Assembly (NCBI GenBank): GCA_036655975.1 | Contig: JAVVPD010000001.1 | Span: 12,047-76,046, forward strand | Reading direction: 5' to 3' | From: Desulfovibrionaceae bacterium | GTDB lineage: Bacteria > Desulfobacterota > Desulfovibrionia > Desulfovibrionales > Desulfovibrionaceae | DNA: 64,000 bases | In this document: one piece after another, positions 48,744-58,188 of the stretch | How the letters are laid out: each line of letters opens with the position of its first letter | Position numbering within the stretch: position 1 is the first letter of the stretch | Notes under the pieces: generated by a model | Seen by the model: only the letters and a program-made list of their open reading frames with translations | What the model was told of the DNA's origin: nothing | Database searches by the model: none | Translations under genes and position numbers: made by a program

Positions 48744-49203
48744 AGGCTACCGTCCTTGTGCTGATAGGCTTCTGGCGCATATGCGCGTTACTGCGGTGGC
48801 AATCAACGCAATAGGGTTTTGCCTCCATACTGGCTACATTCGCATTGGTCATGGTGTGACAACGCTTACAATTGGCGTTGACCACTTCCTTGGTGCGTAA
48901 GCTGGTAGGAATAGGCACATCATTGCCAGCCATATTTCCCAAAAAGTCGCGCGTACCTTCTGCGGCTTTAAACGGAATTTTCGCAGCCAAGTTGACGGGT
49001 GCGTGGCATTCGTTACAAGCCAAATTCGCGTGGGTAGAAATTTTGTGCGTCAACGCCGCTTCCTGCATCACGTGACACGTGCCACAGAAGGGCCGTTGAT
49101 CCGTCATACGCATAGCCCCGGCAGCACCTGCCAAAAGCACCACCCCTAGCGCAATCCCTCCCAAGAACACTTTAAGCCCTGGTCCATTGCGGGGTATTCC
49201 CAT
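48736..49203 (-). CDS. nrfH: Cytochrome c nitrite reductase small subunit, membrane tetraheme quinol dehydrogenase
   Basis: N-terminal TM helix, then CGTCH, CNECH, CKRCH and CVDCH. ATG at 49203 with AAGGAGG upstream. Overlaps the nrfA start by 8 nt. Confidence 0.9.
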   Translation of the reverse strand: MGIPRNGPGLKVFLGGIALGVVLLAGAAGAMRMTDQRPFCGTCHVMQEAALTHKISTHANLACNECHAPVNLAAKIPFKAAEGTRDFLGNMAGNDVPIPTSLRTKEVVNANCKRCHTMTNANVASMEAKPYCVDCHRSNAHMRQKPISTRTVAYE

Positions 49204-49269
49204 AAACAGCCTCCTTTTCCGTACAAACAATCATTCAACACTCCTACACATTCCATCAAAGAGAAGGAA

Positions 49270-49285
49270 AGCAATAATTGTGCCT
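49270..49285 (-). promoter_or_regulatory. Sigma-54 (-24/-12) promoter for nrfHA
   Basis: The minus strand reads aGGCACaattaTTGCt. GG and GC have the canonical 10-nt separation. It lies about 67 nt upstream of the nrfH ATG, and a sigma-54 activator gene is adjacent. Confidence 0.6.
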
Positions 49286-49326
49286 AAAAGCACAAGAAGT
49301 CAATACTATTTTTACATTTATAATCC

Positions 49327-49346
49327 CACTATGTTAAGAAATAGTG
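49327..49346. promoter_or_regulatory. Candidate upstream activator site: palindrome CACTAT-N8-ATAGTG, with a third CACTAT half-site at 49373
   Basis: Read from the sequence. It is centred about 55 nt upstream of the -24 element. Confidence 0.3.
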
Positions 49347-49426
49347 CGGAATTTTAGGCCTGCGAACACTTGCACTATTCAGAAAAATCTGACAAGTTTT
49401 TCATAAAAGACTGACAGGAGTGGGCC

Positions 49427-51748
49427 ATGAAACATTTCCTACGCTGGAACACCCTCCGCACACCCTTATTATTTGCGCTACTCTGGTGTGTACTCATGGT
49501 CGTGTTATACTCGCAGGCGGTGCGCGCTAAAGACGCACACACCACAGAACTGGCTTTAATCCAAACCCGCACCCTGTACGACCACATTGTAGATACCCGC
49601 GCATGGAATGCCCGCCACGGCGGTGTGTATGTACTGGAAAGTCCGCAAGGCCAACCAAACATGTGGATTCCCGAGACTATCCGCAGTTTACAAACAAAAG
49701 ACAACAAAACCCTTGTGCTGATGAACCCCGCCTATATGAGCCGCCAAATTGCCGACATGGCCGCCTCACACGGCAGCGCCTTCCGCATTACCAGTCAAAA
49801 ACCGCTGCGCCCGGAAAATGCTGCGGACGCGTGGGAAGACAGCGCCCTGTCCCAATGTCTGATGGGTCTGCCTGAAGTGTTTGCGCTAGAAACGGCAAGC
49901 ACCCCTCCCCGCTATCGCTATATGGCCCCCCTCCGCACCGAGGAAGCCTGCTTGCATTGTCACAGCCACAATAAAGTGGGCGATGTGCGCGGCGGAATCA
50001 GCGTGACATTAGACGCGCAGCCCTTTTTACGCACCATGACCGACTACAACCGTAGCCTGGGCTTTGCCTATGCTTTACTAGGGCTTACGGGAATGATGGG
50101 CATCGGCGGGGCCACCTTTGGCATGAGTTATCGCCGCGCTTTAGCTGAAGAAGCCAATCGACTGAAAAGCACTTTTCTGGCGAACATGAGCCACGATATG
50201 CGAACCCCACTCAACGGCATTCTGGGTATGGCGGAAATTTTGTCCGCCAAAAATGAATCGCCCACGGTAAAACACAGGGCGGTACGGTATTTATACGAAG
50301 CCACAAGCACCCTGCTGGAAATGGTGACAGATCTCACCGAGCATGCCGTGCTGGATGCGGAGAAATTGCACATCCGCCCCCAAGCCTATGCGGTGAACAC
50401 CATGGTGGAGACCTGCTGCCAAATGTTTGAACCCGTGTGCCGGGCCAAGGGTATCGCTTTTTCATGGCAGGTGGATCAAAGCGTCCCCGCCGTGCTGATA
50501 GGCGACGCCTTTCGCTTGCGCCAAGCTTTGGGCAATCTCCTCAGCAATGCGATTAAATTTACCGCACAGGGCAGCATTACGGTACGCGCAGGCTTTATCC
50601 CCCATCCCCACCAGCCCTCTGAGGGGATCTTATCCATTAGGGTACAGGACAGCGGGCAAGGTATTGACCCCACCGAACACGAAAACATTTTTGAACGCTT
50701 TGAACGCGGCAGTGCCGCCGTGCAGGCGGGTATGAGCGGTACGGGACTGGGGCTGGGCATTTCGCGCGAAATAGCCCGACTGATGGGCGGCGATGTCAGC
50801 GTGACCAGTGCAGCGGGGCAAGGGGCAACCTTCACCTTGAGCGCGGCCCAACAATGCCCCGAAGCCTGTTCCCGTCAGGCTTCATCCGCACAAGAGCCCA
50901 CCAGTGCACAGGGGCCTTCTTCCCCTTCTTTAAACGCCATGCGCCTAGAAAAGCATATTTTGCTGGCAGAAGACAATGCCGTCAGCGCTTTTTACGTGTC
51001 CCATGTCCTCAAACAGGCCGGCTATCAGTTGCGCCATGTGCGTGACGGTGATGCGGTGCTCGCAGTGATGGAAGAAAAAACGGCTCCCCTGCCCGTGGAC
51101 CTCCTGGTACTGGACCTGCGTATGCCCAAACTGGACGGGCTGACGGTGGCCCACCGTGTGCGGGCCCAAGCGACCACGGCCCATGTGCCCATTGTGGTGA
51201 TGACGGCTTCCCTGACACCCGAAGAATGTGCCGAGCTAAAAACCCTTGGTATTACTGATCATCTACTCAAGCCCGTGGGGGCATGCCGTCTGGTGCAACG
51301 CATGGACGCCGTACTGGGGCTGGCGCCCCTCCCCGAACAGGAGAACACCGTGCCGGAAAAAATTCCCCACCCCCCCGCCGAAAGTGACAGAGTGCCCATT
51401 TTTGACCGCGAAGCCGCCGCCGCAGACTTGAGCGCCGACCCTGCGGATCCGGCTCAGGGCCAGGCCCTACTCACCCGCCTGTGCGAGGTGTTTTTCGCCG
51501 ATCTTCCCCAGCAATTGTGCGCCTTGCGCGCGGCAGTGGACGCGGGTGATATTTCTACAGCCCAGAACCTCGGGCATGCGCTAAAAAATTCGGCGGGCAC
51601 GCTCCACGCCCTGCGTTTACGTGCGGCTGGCATGCGTATGGAGCAGGCTAGCAGCGCGCAGCTCGCGCAGGCTTTAAACGATATTGAACTGTGTACACAG
51701 CAATTGCTGGTCTACTGGAGAGAAAAGCACTCATGGCCCACATCTTAA
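49427..51748 (+). CDS. Hybrid sensor histidine kinase with a periplasmic CxxCH (heme-c, DUF3365/Tll0287-like) sensor domain, then HisKA, HATPase, receiver and Hpt
   Basis: TM1, then a domain of about 175 aa containing EEACLHCHSH, then TM2. H-box FLANMSHDMRTPLNGILG; LLSNAIKFT; DSGQGI; GTGLGLGIS. Receiver ILLAEDN...LLVLDLRMPKLDG...KP. Hpt LGHALKNSAGTL. Confidence 0.9.
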   Translation: MKHFLRWNTLRTPLLFALLWCVLMVVLYSQAVRAKDAHTTELALIQTRTLYDHIVDTRAWNARHGGVYVLESPQGQPNMWIPETIRSLQTKDNKTLVLMNPAYMSRQIADMAASHGSAFRITSQKPLRPENAADAWEDSALSQCLMGLPEVFALETASTPPRYRYMAPLRTEEACLHCHSHNKVGDVRGGISVTLDAQPFLRTMTDYNRSLGFAYALLGLTGMMGIGGATFGMSYRRALAEEANRLKSTFLANMSHDMRTPLNGILGMAEILSAKNESPTVKHRAVRYLYEATSTLLEMVTDLTEHAVLDAEKLHIRPQAYAVNTMVETCCQMFEPVCRAKGIAFSWQVDQSVPAVLIGDAFRLRQALGNLLSNAIKFTAQGSITVRAGFIPHPHQPSEGILSIRVQDSGQGIDPTEHENIFERFERGSAAVQAGMSGTGLGLGISREIARLMGGDVSVTSAAGQGATFTLSAAQQCPEACSRQASSAQEPTSAQGPSSPSLNAMRLEKHILLAEDNAVSAFYVSHVLKQAGYQLRHVRDGDAVLAVMEEKTAPLPVDLLVLDLRMPKLDGLTVAHRVRAQATTAHVPIVVMTASLTPEECAELKTLGITDHLLKPVGACRLVQRMDAVLGLAPLPEQENTVPEKIPHPPAESDRVPIFDREAAAADLSADPADPAQGQALLTRLCEVFFADLPQQLCALRAAVDAGDISTAQNLGHALKNSAGTLHALRLRAAGMRMEQASSAQLAQALNDIELCTQQLLVYWREKHSWPTS

Positions 51749-53145
51749 TTATTGACGATGAAGTCTTGGTACGCACCCTCGTAACGGAAGTGGGCATCCA
51801 TCTGGGGCATACGGTTGTGGAGGCTTCAACACTGGCCGAAGGTCATACCCAGGCGCAGGCCATGATACAGCGTGGACAAGGGCCAGATGTCATATTGCTA
51901 GACGTGCGCCTGCCCGACGGCAATGGTCTGGAACATTTACGCACCTTTGGTGCGCTGGCCTCCCAGCCTGAGCTGATGGTCATCACCGGACACGGCGACG
52001 GCGATGCGGCGGAAACCGCACTGCGCTCTGGAGCGTGGGAATATTTGACAAAACCTTTGCGGGTACGGGAACTTTCGCAAGCGCTGGCGCATATTTTGGC
52101 CTACCGAACCGGACGGCGACCCAGCCTACACGTACGTGACATGGACAGGAGCCAGATTATTGGCTCAAGCCCCGCCCTGATGAAAACCCTGTACAGTCTG
52201 GCGGAGGCCGCCCGCAGTGACGTGAACGTGCTCTTACTGGGGGAAACCGGGGTAGGCAAAGAATTGTTTGCCAAGGCGCTGTACCGCAACAGCGGGCGCG
52301 CGGGGCAGCCTTTTGTGACTGTAGACTGTGCCTCGCTGACCGAAACACTGGTAGAAAGCCACCTCTTTGGACATTCTCGGGGGGCATTCACTGGGGCGGA
52401 TCGAGCCCGCGAAGGCCTGTTGCTGGCAGCCCACAAAGGTACCTTGTTTTTAGATGAAGTGGGAGACCTGCCCTTGTCCATGCAGGGGGCTTTTTTACGC
52501 GCCTTGGAATTGCGGCGCTTCCGACCCATCGGTGAAGGGCAAGAGGTGGTCAGCGATTTCCGCTTGGTTTCAGCCACCAACAAAAATTTGGACACGAGCG
52601 TGAAAGAAGAGCAATTTCGTAGTGACCTGCTGTACCGTTTGCGGGGCATGGTTATTCATATTCCCCCCTTGCGGGAGCGCGTGGAAGATATCCCCGAACT
52701 CGCCCGCCATGCGGTCTTGCGCTTTTGTGTGGATAATGCCCAACAGGTGAAACAAATTACTGAAGGCTGTTTGGAAACCCTGCTGGCGTATACTTGGCAA
52801 GGGAATGTGCGCGAATTGTTTCACGCCATGGAAAGAGCCTGTGTATCCGCCGGAAACAGCGATGACTTGTACGCCAGCCATTTGCCAACCGAATTGCGGG
52901 TGGCCGTGGCCCGCCACCGCGTGGGCGGTACCCGCACCCCTCCCCCCCCCGAATACAGCGCCCCAAAAGAAAGCCCCCTGCCAACCTTGCGGGCGTGGAA
53001 AGCTCACTCCGAGGCAGAATACGTAGAACGCCTCATGCGCCAAAGCAACGGAGACGTACGGGCCGCCGCCACCGCCGCCGGACTTTCACGGGGGCATTTG
53101 TACGAATTATTAAAAAAATATCACGTGGAATTTCGCTTAAAATAA
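51733..53145 (+). CDS. Sigma-54-dependent response regulator (NtrC family)
   Basis: Intact receiver (ILIIDDE...VILLDVRLPDGNG...TKP). AAA+ GETGVGKELFA and ESHLFGHSRGAFTGA. C-terminal HTH AAATAAGLSRGHLYELLKK. Overlaps the kinase stop by 16 nt. Confidence 0.92.
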   Translation: MAHILIIDDEVLVRTLVTEVGIHLGHTVVEASTLAEGHTQAQAMIQRGQGPDVILLDVRLPDGNGLEHLRTFGALASQPELMVITGHGDGDAAETALRSGAWEYLTKPLRVRELSQALAHILAYRTGRRPSLHVRDMDRSQIIGSSPALMKTLYSLAEAARSDVNVLLLGETGVGKELFAKALYRNSGRAGQPFVTVDCASLTETLVESHLFGHSRGAFTGADRAREGLLLAAHKGTLFLDEVGDLPLSMQGAFLRALELRRFRPIGEGQEVVSDFRLVSATNKNLDTSVKEEQFRSDLLYRLRGMVIHIPPLRERVEDIPELARHAVLRFCVDNAQQVKQITEGCLETLLAYTWQGNVRELFHAMERACVSAGNSDDLYASHLPTELRVAVARHRVGGTRTPPPPEYSAPKESPLPTLRAWKAHSEAEYVERLMRQSNGDVRAAATAAGLSRGHLYELLKKYHVEFRLK

Positions 53146-53308
53146 GCGTCCAAAACCATTGCGCTGGACTAGAAAACACGCTAAGTTTTACGCGCATTAG
53201 CTTTGTTTCACAGGGCTCGTACGCGCTTGGCAGCGTGTGGTCACCAACACCAAAAGCGGCAATTTCTTAAAAACATTGCTTTTTACCAGTATTGCCATAA
53301 AGAATTGT

Positions 53309-53572
53309 ATGACAACCCAAAATATTCTTACTGTCACCGGCTATGTTGCTCCCCTTCCCCGTTCTGCCGATGAAAAACAGGCCCGTGTCGCCATTATGCA
53401 GGACGAAACAGAATACCGAGTTATCCCCCGAGGCGCGGGCGTCGATTTAGACGACCACCTGAGCGCGCTGGTGGAAGTTACGGGAAATGTTACAGAAACT
53501 GAAGGAATTTTGCATCTCGTCGTGCGGGGGTATCGCGTTTTGGAAGACGACGACGCGTGGATTAATAGCTGA
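53309..53572 (+). CDS. Hypothetical small acidic protein (87 aa)
   Basis: ORF with an ATG at 53309. No motif recognised and the RBS is weak. Confidence 0.35.
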   Translation: MTTQNILTVTGYVAPLPRSADEKQARVAIMQDETEYRVIPRGAGVDLDDHLSALVEVTGNVTETEGILHLVVRGYRVLEDDDAWINS

Positions 53573-53600
53573 ACGCGCTACGAGCCCCAAGCCTAAAAAA

Positions 53601-54224
53601 TTATTCGGGCGGGCGGAGAATATAGGCCAGCACCGCATCTGCCTGCAGGGCCGCAGCCTGCATAACGCGGGGGGCTAGGGGCGGCGCGTGGGCAATGTCG
53701 GTGGTGAAGTCACCCACCAGCACCAGTTTTTGCCCCAGCACTTTTTGTCGCATGGGGGGGCCGCCAAAACCCGCAATGCCCGACGCGCTGACCACAAAGC
53801 GTGAGGCCGCAAGACACGCTTCCACAAAGCGGCACTTCATACCCGCATCGTCCAGCGCTTCCACCCACACCTCGGCCTTACTCAGCATCTCAGGGAGCGT
53901 CTGCTCTGTCAGGCGGCAGGGGTAACAGCACACCTCAATAGCCGGATTCAAATCCCGCAATTGTTCAGCCAAGGCATCAACCTTGAAACGCCCCAAGTGA
54001 GCAGGAAAAAAGTGCTGGCGGTTCAGATTCGAGGCGTCCACCACATCATCATCCACCAGCACAAAGTGTTCTAGCCCACTGCGGGCCAACAGCATGGCCC
54101 CGTTGGAGCCCAGTCCCCCGCAGCCCGCAAAGCCTACCCGTACCCCCGCAAGGGTGTGTAAGGAATCTGCGTCCCAATAGCGGGTCAAGCCAAGGGCAAA
54201 ACTGTTCACGCGCTGATGGCCCAC
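53601..54224 (-). CDS. thiF: ThiF-family adenylyltransferase (ThiS activation)
   Basis: Nucleotide-binding GFAGCGGLGS and VDDDVVDASNLNRQ. Last gene of the thiSGHF string. Confidence 0.82.
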   Translation of the reverse strand: MGHQRVNSFALGLTRYWDADSLHTLAGVRVGFAGCGGLGSNGAMLLARSGLEHFVLVDDDVVDASNLNRQHFFPAHLGRFKVDALAEQLRDLNPAIEVCCYPCRLTEQTLPEMLSKAEVWVEALDDAGMKCRFVEACLAASRFVVSASGIAGFGGPPMRQKVLGQKLVLVGDFTTDIAHAPPLAPRVMQAAALQADAVLAYILRPPE

Positions 54225-55333
54225 GCTTCTGGCGATTCCCAGTCTTTACACACGGCCTGATAGCCGTGCGCCGCCAGTGCAGCGGTCACTTCTTCCACGG
54301 AACGGTGATCAGATATTTCAAATTGCCCGTCATTGCTCTTTTCCAATTTGCGACCGCCCACAGCGGTGGATACCCCCGCCGAAATACGGGTTACCCCCAA
54401 AGGTACCAGATTGTCGCGCAAGGCGGGAGCTTCACGCGTGGAAACGGTAATGCCCGCTCTGGGCAAAAAACAGCGCAATGCGGTGATGTATTGCACAAAT
54501 TGTTTGTCATCCACCGTGTGTTTGACTTCAAAGCTGCCTTCATGGGGGCACATGCGCGGGACAGATACGGACACATCCGTACCGGGGAAATGGTTCTGCA
54601 ACCACTGCCCGTGCAGCCCCGTCAAAAAGGCGTCATGAATAAAATTGTCCAGCCCGAGCAAAGCACCAATACCCACCGAGCGCATACCCGCTGCCGCCGC
54701 ACGCCCGGGGGCATTGCAACGGAAGGTATAATCACGTTTAGGCCCAGCGGGGTGCAGCCAATCGTACAATTCAGGATTATAGGTTTCCTGAAACATGGTC
54801 ATGCAGTCCACGCCATTGTGTATGAGCAAAAGGTATTCGTCTTCGGTCATGGAATACACTTCCACCCCCACAGACGCGAACAAGGGCTTGATGCGTTTGG
54901 CAATGGCGGCAATATATTCGGGCGACGAAAGATGCCGCGCGTCACCGGTAAGCAATAAAACATGCCCCAGCCCCATGGTGGCAATGGCTTTGGCTTCCAC
55001 CTCGGCTTCGTCCACACTCAGGTGGCGGCGCTTCAGCTTGTTGCGGGCATTAAAACCGCAATAACGGCATTGGTTGGTACAGTGGTCGGAAACATACAAA
55101 GGGGTAAACAGATTCACCGCCCGCCCGAAATAGCGCAGCGTTTCCGCCTGTGAGCGCCGAGCCATGGGTTCAAGATACGCTTGTGCCGCCGGCGTCAATA
55201 AAGTAAAAAAATCTTCCGCGCGCAAATGGTTACGTTCAAGCGCGGCAGCCACATCAGCCCCCGTGGTCTTAGCGGCACGGTCTTCGCGCTGTTCACGACT
55301 AAAATCCTGAATATATTCAACGTAGGTTTGCAT
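54206..55333 (-). CDS. thiH: 2-iminoacetate synthase (radical SAM tyrosine lyase)
   Basis: Radical-SAM motif CTNQCRYCGF. ThiH-type length. ATG at 55333. Confidence 0.92.
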   Translation of the reverse strand: MQTYVEYIQDFSREQREDRAAKTTGADVAAALERNHLRAEDFFTLLTPAAQAYLEPMARRSQAETLRYFGRAVNLFTPLYVSDHCTNQCRYCGFNARNKLKRRHLSVDEAEVEAKAIATMGLGHVLLLTGDARHLSSPEYIAAIAKRIKPLFASVGVEVYSMTEDEYLLLIHNGVDCMTMFQETYNPELYDWLHPAGPKRDYTFRCNAPGRAAAAGMRSVGIGALLGLDNFIHDAFLTGLHGQWLQNHFPGTDVSVSVPRMCPHEGSFEVKHTVDDKQFVQYITALRCFLPRAGITVSTREAPALRDNLVPLGVTRISAGVSTAVGGRKLEKSNDGQFEISDHRSVEEVTAALAAHGYQAVCKDWESPEAWAISA

Positions 55334-55344
55334 GATTATTGACC

Positions 55345-56118
55345 TTAACTGTGTAGAAATCCTGTAAGTGGCGACGATGCCACGGCTTGCCCTGTGTGTT
55401 CGGCCCCAAGCCCCGCAAGATAGGCGCTGCGCCCCGCGCAAACAGCCAACTTGAACGCTTCAGCCATGGCCACAGGATGACGGGCAGAGGCAATGGCGGT
55501 ATTCACCAAACACGCCGCTGCGCCCATTTCCATGGCTTCACAGGCATGGGAAGGCTTGCCAATACCCGCATCCACCACAATGGGCAGCGCGATACTGTCG
55601 ATGAGAATCTCGATCATTTCACGAGTCCGTAAACCCCGGTTAGTGCCTATGGGCGCGCCCAAAGGCATCACCGCTGCCGCGCCAGCATCCACCAAGGCCC
55701 GGGCTACATAAAGATCAGGATTAATGTAGGGTAGGACAATAAAACCCTCTTTAGCTAAAATTTCCGTGGCCTTGACAGTTTCGTAACCGTCGGGAAGCAA
55801 ATGCTTGTTGTCAGAAATAACTTCAATTTTGATCCACGTGCCGCAGCCCGAAGCGCGGGCCAAACGGGCCAGACGCACGGCTTCTTCAGCAGTGCGGGCC
55901 CCAGAAGTGTTGGGGAGCAAGCGCATGTTTTTGGGCACATGGCCCATGATACCCTGATTGCCAGAATCCACACGGCGCAAGGCCACCGTAATGACTTCGG
56001 CACCACTGGCTTCAGCCACGGCGGGGATAAGACTGTCAGCCCCGTATTTACCCGTGCCGATAAAGAGCCTACTGCTCAGGCTTTCGCCACCAATGATAAA
56101 GGGATCGTTCACGTCCAC
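55345..56118 (-). CDS. thiG: Thiazole synthase
   Basis: [14 protein letters not shown] and KIEVI.D....LPD are typical ThiG motifs. The GTG start overlaps the thiS stop by 1 nt. Confidence 0.94.
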   Translation of the reverse strand: MDVNDPFIIGGESLSSRLFIGTGKYGADSLIPAVAEASGAEVITVALRRVDSGNQGIMGHVPKNMRLLPNTSGARTAEEAVRLARLARASGCGTWIKIEVISDNKHLLPDGYETVKATEILAKEGFIVLPYINPDLYVARALVDAGAAAVMPLGAPIGTNRGLRTREMIEILIDSIALPIVVDAGIGKPSHACEAMEMGAAACLVNTAIASARHPVAMAEAFKLAVCAGRSAYLAGLGAEHTGQAVASSPLTGFLHS

Positions 56119-56330
56119 TAGCCGCCTCCTACAAAGTACAAAATTTCCATTCGATCGCCTGCTTTCAAAATTCGGTGAGCAAAATCGTCCGCAGGAACAA
56201 TGTCCAAATTCAATTCCACAACCACGCTCTCAGGGGTCAGCTTGCGGGCCAGCAGTAATTCCAACACCGTACACTCGCGCGGCACAGGCTGCACTTCACC
56301 GTTCAAAATAATTTCAACACTGCTGGTCAT
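56118..56330 (-). CDS. thiS: Sulfur-carrier protein ThiS
   Basis: About 70 aa ubiquitin-like protein ending in ...YFVGGG. The start is either 56330 or 56342. Confidence 0.8.
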   Translation of the reverse strand: MTSSVEIILNGEVQPVPRECTVLELLLARKLTPESVVVELNLDIVPADDFAHRILKAGDRMEILYFVGGG

Positions 56331-56347
56331 ATCCCCCCCCATACACT

Positions 56348-58021
56348 TTATTTATAGGCTGCGCCCGTGGCGGCAGAACTGACCTGGGCCGCATAACGGC
56401 GCAAAAAGCCCGAGCTGACAGTTTTTTGCACAGGCGTGTGGCTTGCTTGGCGCTGGGCCAGCACTTCAGGGCTGACGCGCAATTCCAAGACCCGATGGGG
56501 AATATCAATATGGATACTATCCCCCTCGCGCACAAGACCGATGGGCCCACCGTCCGCAGCTTCGGGAGAAATATGCCCGATAGCCGCGCCGTTGGTGCCG
56601 CCGGAAAAACGCCCGTCGGTGAGCAGGGCCACGTCTTTACCCAGCCCCATGCCGGTAATGGCAGCCGTGGGGGAAAGCATTTCGCGCATACCCGGGCCAC
56701 CACGGGGGCCTTCATAACAGATAACCACAGCGTCATTTTTCACAATGCTCCCGGCCAAAATAGCCTGCATGGCTTCTTCTTCGCTGTTGAATACACGGGC
56801 GCGCACGTCGCGGCACAACATTTCGGGGGCCACAGCAGACTGTTTGACCACCGCGCCGAGGGGAGCGATATTCCCTTTCAGAATGGCAATGCCGCCCTGC
56901 GGGGAATAGGGATTGTCCAAAGGCCGGATAACTTCAGGATCCGCAATGGCGGCTTTCAAATCGCGCAGATTTTCGCCCACGCTCTTGCCGGTAACGGTGA
57001 GAACCTCCTGATGGATACAGCCCTTTTTCGACAATTCGGCCATGACGGCGGGAATGCCGCCGGCCATGTGCAGATCTTGAATGTGATGGACGCCAGCCGG
57101 AGAAAGCTTGCACAAATTCGGTGTCTTGCGGCTGACCTCATCAAAAATATCCAAAGTCAGGGGCAGCCCGGCTTCACGGAAAATAGCGGGCAAATGCAAC
57201 ACGGTATTGGTAGAACACCCAAGGGCCATGTCCACAGCCACAGCGTTCTGTACCGCCTCGGGGGTAACGATGTCGCGGGGTTTCAGATCTTTAGCGAGCA
57301 AGTCCATAACCCGCATGCCCGCATGTTTAGCAAGACGAATACGGGCCGCGGTGACAGCGGGTGTGGTGCCGTTACCCGGCAGAGCCAGCCCGATGGTTTC
57401 CGACAGGCAATTCATAGAATTTGCCGTAAACATGCCCGCGCACGACCCACAGCCGGGGCAGGCACTTTCGGTCAATTCTTCCAATTGTTCTTCACTCATG
57501 AGGCCGCTTTTGACCTTGCCCACGCCTTCAAAAACCGTAATAAGGTCGGCGCGCTGGCGCTGATGCGGGGCGTGCGTGCCCGCCATCATCGGCCCGCCGC
57601 TGATAAGGATAGACGGAATATTCAAACGCAACATCGCCATAAGCATGCCCGGAACGCTTTTGTCGCAATTAGGAATAAACACAAGCGCATCAAAGGCGTG
57701 GGCGGTAGCCATAATTTCGATGGAATCGGCAATAATTTCACGGGAAGGCAGGGAAAAACGCATGCCTTCATGATTCATTGCCAAACCGTCACACACGGCG
57801 ATGACAGGAAATTCCAGCGGTGTGCCGCCCGCCATACGTACCCCAGCCTTCACGGCTTCCGCAATGCGGTCCAGATGAATATGCCCCGGCACCACTTCGT
57901 TGGCGGCATTGACCACGCCCACAAGGGGGCGCCGAATTTCTTCGCGGGTCAAACCAAGAGCGTATAAGAGGGAACGATGGGGGGCTTTTTCTAGGCCTTC
58001 TGTCATTTTTGTACTACGCAT
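56348..58021 (-). CDS. ilvD: Dihydroxy-acid dehydratase
   Basis: [34 protein letters not shown] and TDGRFSGGT are IlvD hallmarks. Confidence 0.97.
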   Translation of the reverse strand: MRSTKMTEGLEKAPHRSLLYALGLTREEIRRPLVGVVNAANEVVPGHIHLDRIAEAVKAGVRMAGGTPLEFPVIAVCDGLAMNHEGMRFSLPSREIIADSIEIMATAHAFDALVFIPNCDKSVPGMLMAMLRLNIPSILISGGPMMAGTHAPHQRQRADLITVFEGVGKVKSGLMSEEQLEELTESACPGCGSCAGMFTANSMNCLSETIGLALPGNGTTPAVTAARIRLAKHAGMRVMDLLAKDLKPRDIVTPEAVQNAVAVDMALGCSTNTVLHLPAIFREAGLPLTLDIFDEVSRKTPNLCKLSPAGVHHIQDLHMAGGIPAVMAELSKKGCIHQEVLTVTGKSVGENLRDLKAAIADPEVIRPLDNPYSPQGGIAILKGNIAPLGAVVKQSAVAPEMLCRDVRARVFNSEEEAMQAILAGSIVKNDAVVICYEGPRGGPGMREMLSPTAAITGMGLGKDVALLTDGRFSGGTNGAAIGHISPEAADGGPIGLVREGDSIHIDIPHRVLELRVSPEVLAQRQASHTPVQKTVSSGFLRRYAAQVSSAATGAAYK

Positions 58022-58188
58022 ATCCTTGCCTTCCTTTAATTACCCACAGTGTGCCCTAGGGCGGTGCCATACTGTTGTACATAAAACTCTCACCGCCTGT
58101 ACACAAGGGGTGCTGAGAATAGCAATCCTGATGCCAAACAGCAAGGTGTACTTGTGAGCCATACAAAAGTGGGCTAGGCTGGGACACC

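Noticed and set aside
47466-48764. Very long ORFs antisense to well-supported genes: 432 aa opposite nrfA, 513 aa at 56426-57967 opposite ilvD, 229 aa at 23545-24234 opposite the MCP, 247 aa at 30054-30797 opposite the binding protein, 230 aa at 54266-54958 opposite thiH, and others.
   Set aside because: The opposite strand carries unmistakable family motifs (five heme sites, IlvD, MCP, radical-SAM). The antisense translations are Arg/Gly/His-rich low-complexity strings, typical of shadow ORFs in GC-rich DNA.
56332-56339. A C8 homopolymer (G8 on the coding strand) at the thiS start as a possible phase-variation tract. Similar runs occur at 10853-10861 and 30768-30776.
   Set aside because: Comparable G/C runs occur in several intergenic hairpins of this GC-rich sequence. 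One window provides no evidence of length variation.
58047-58072. TGGCAC on the ilvD strand (tGGCACcgccctagGGCACactg) as a possible sigma-54 promoter.
   Set aside because: No TTGC/GC element lies at the required 10-nt spacing. It is instead a GGCAC direct repeat around a GCCCTAGGGC palindrome, of unknown meaning.
58102-58156. TPP-riboswitch-like fragments on the plus strand (GGGGTGCTGAGA ... CCTGAT) closed by a CACAAG/CTTGTG stem.
   Set aside because: It is only about 55 nt. There is no P3 stem, no ACCC partner for GGGG and no convincing pyrophosphate-sensor helix. It faces a flippase gene rather than the thi genes on the other strand. It needs cmsearch to be sure, but I do not believe it.
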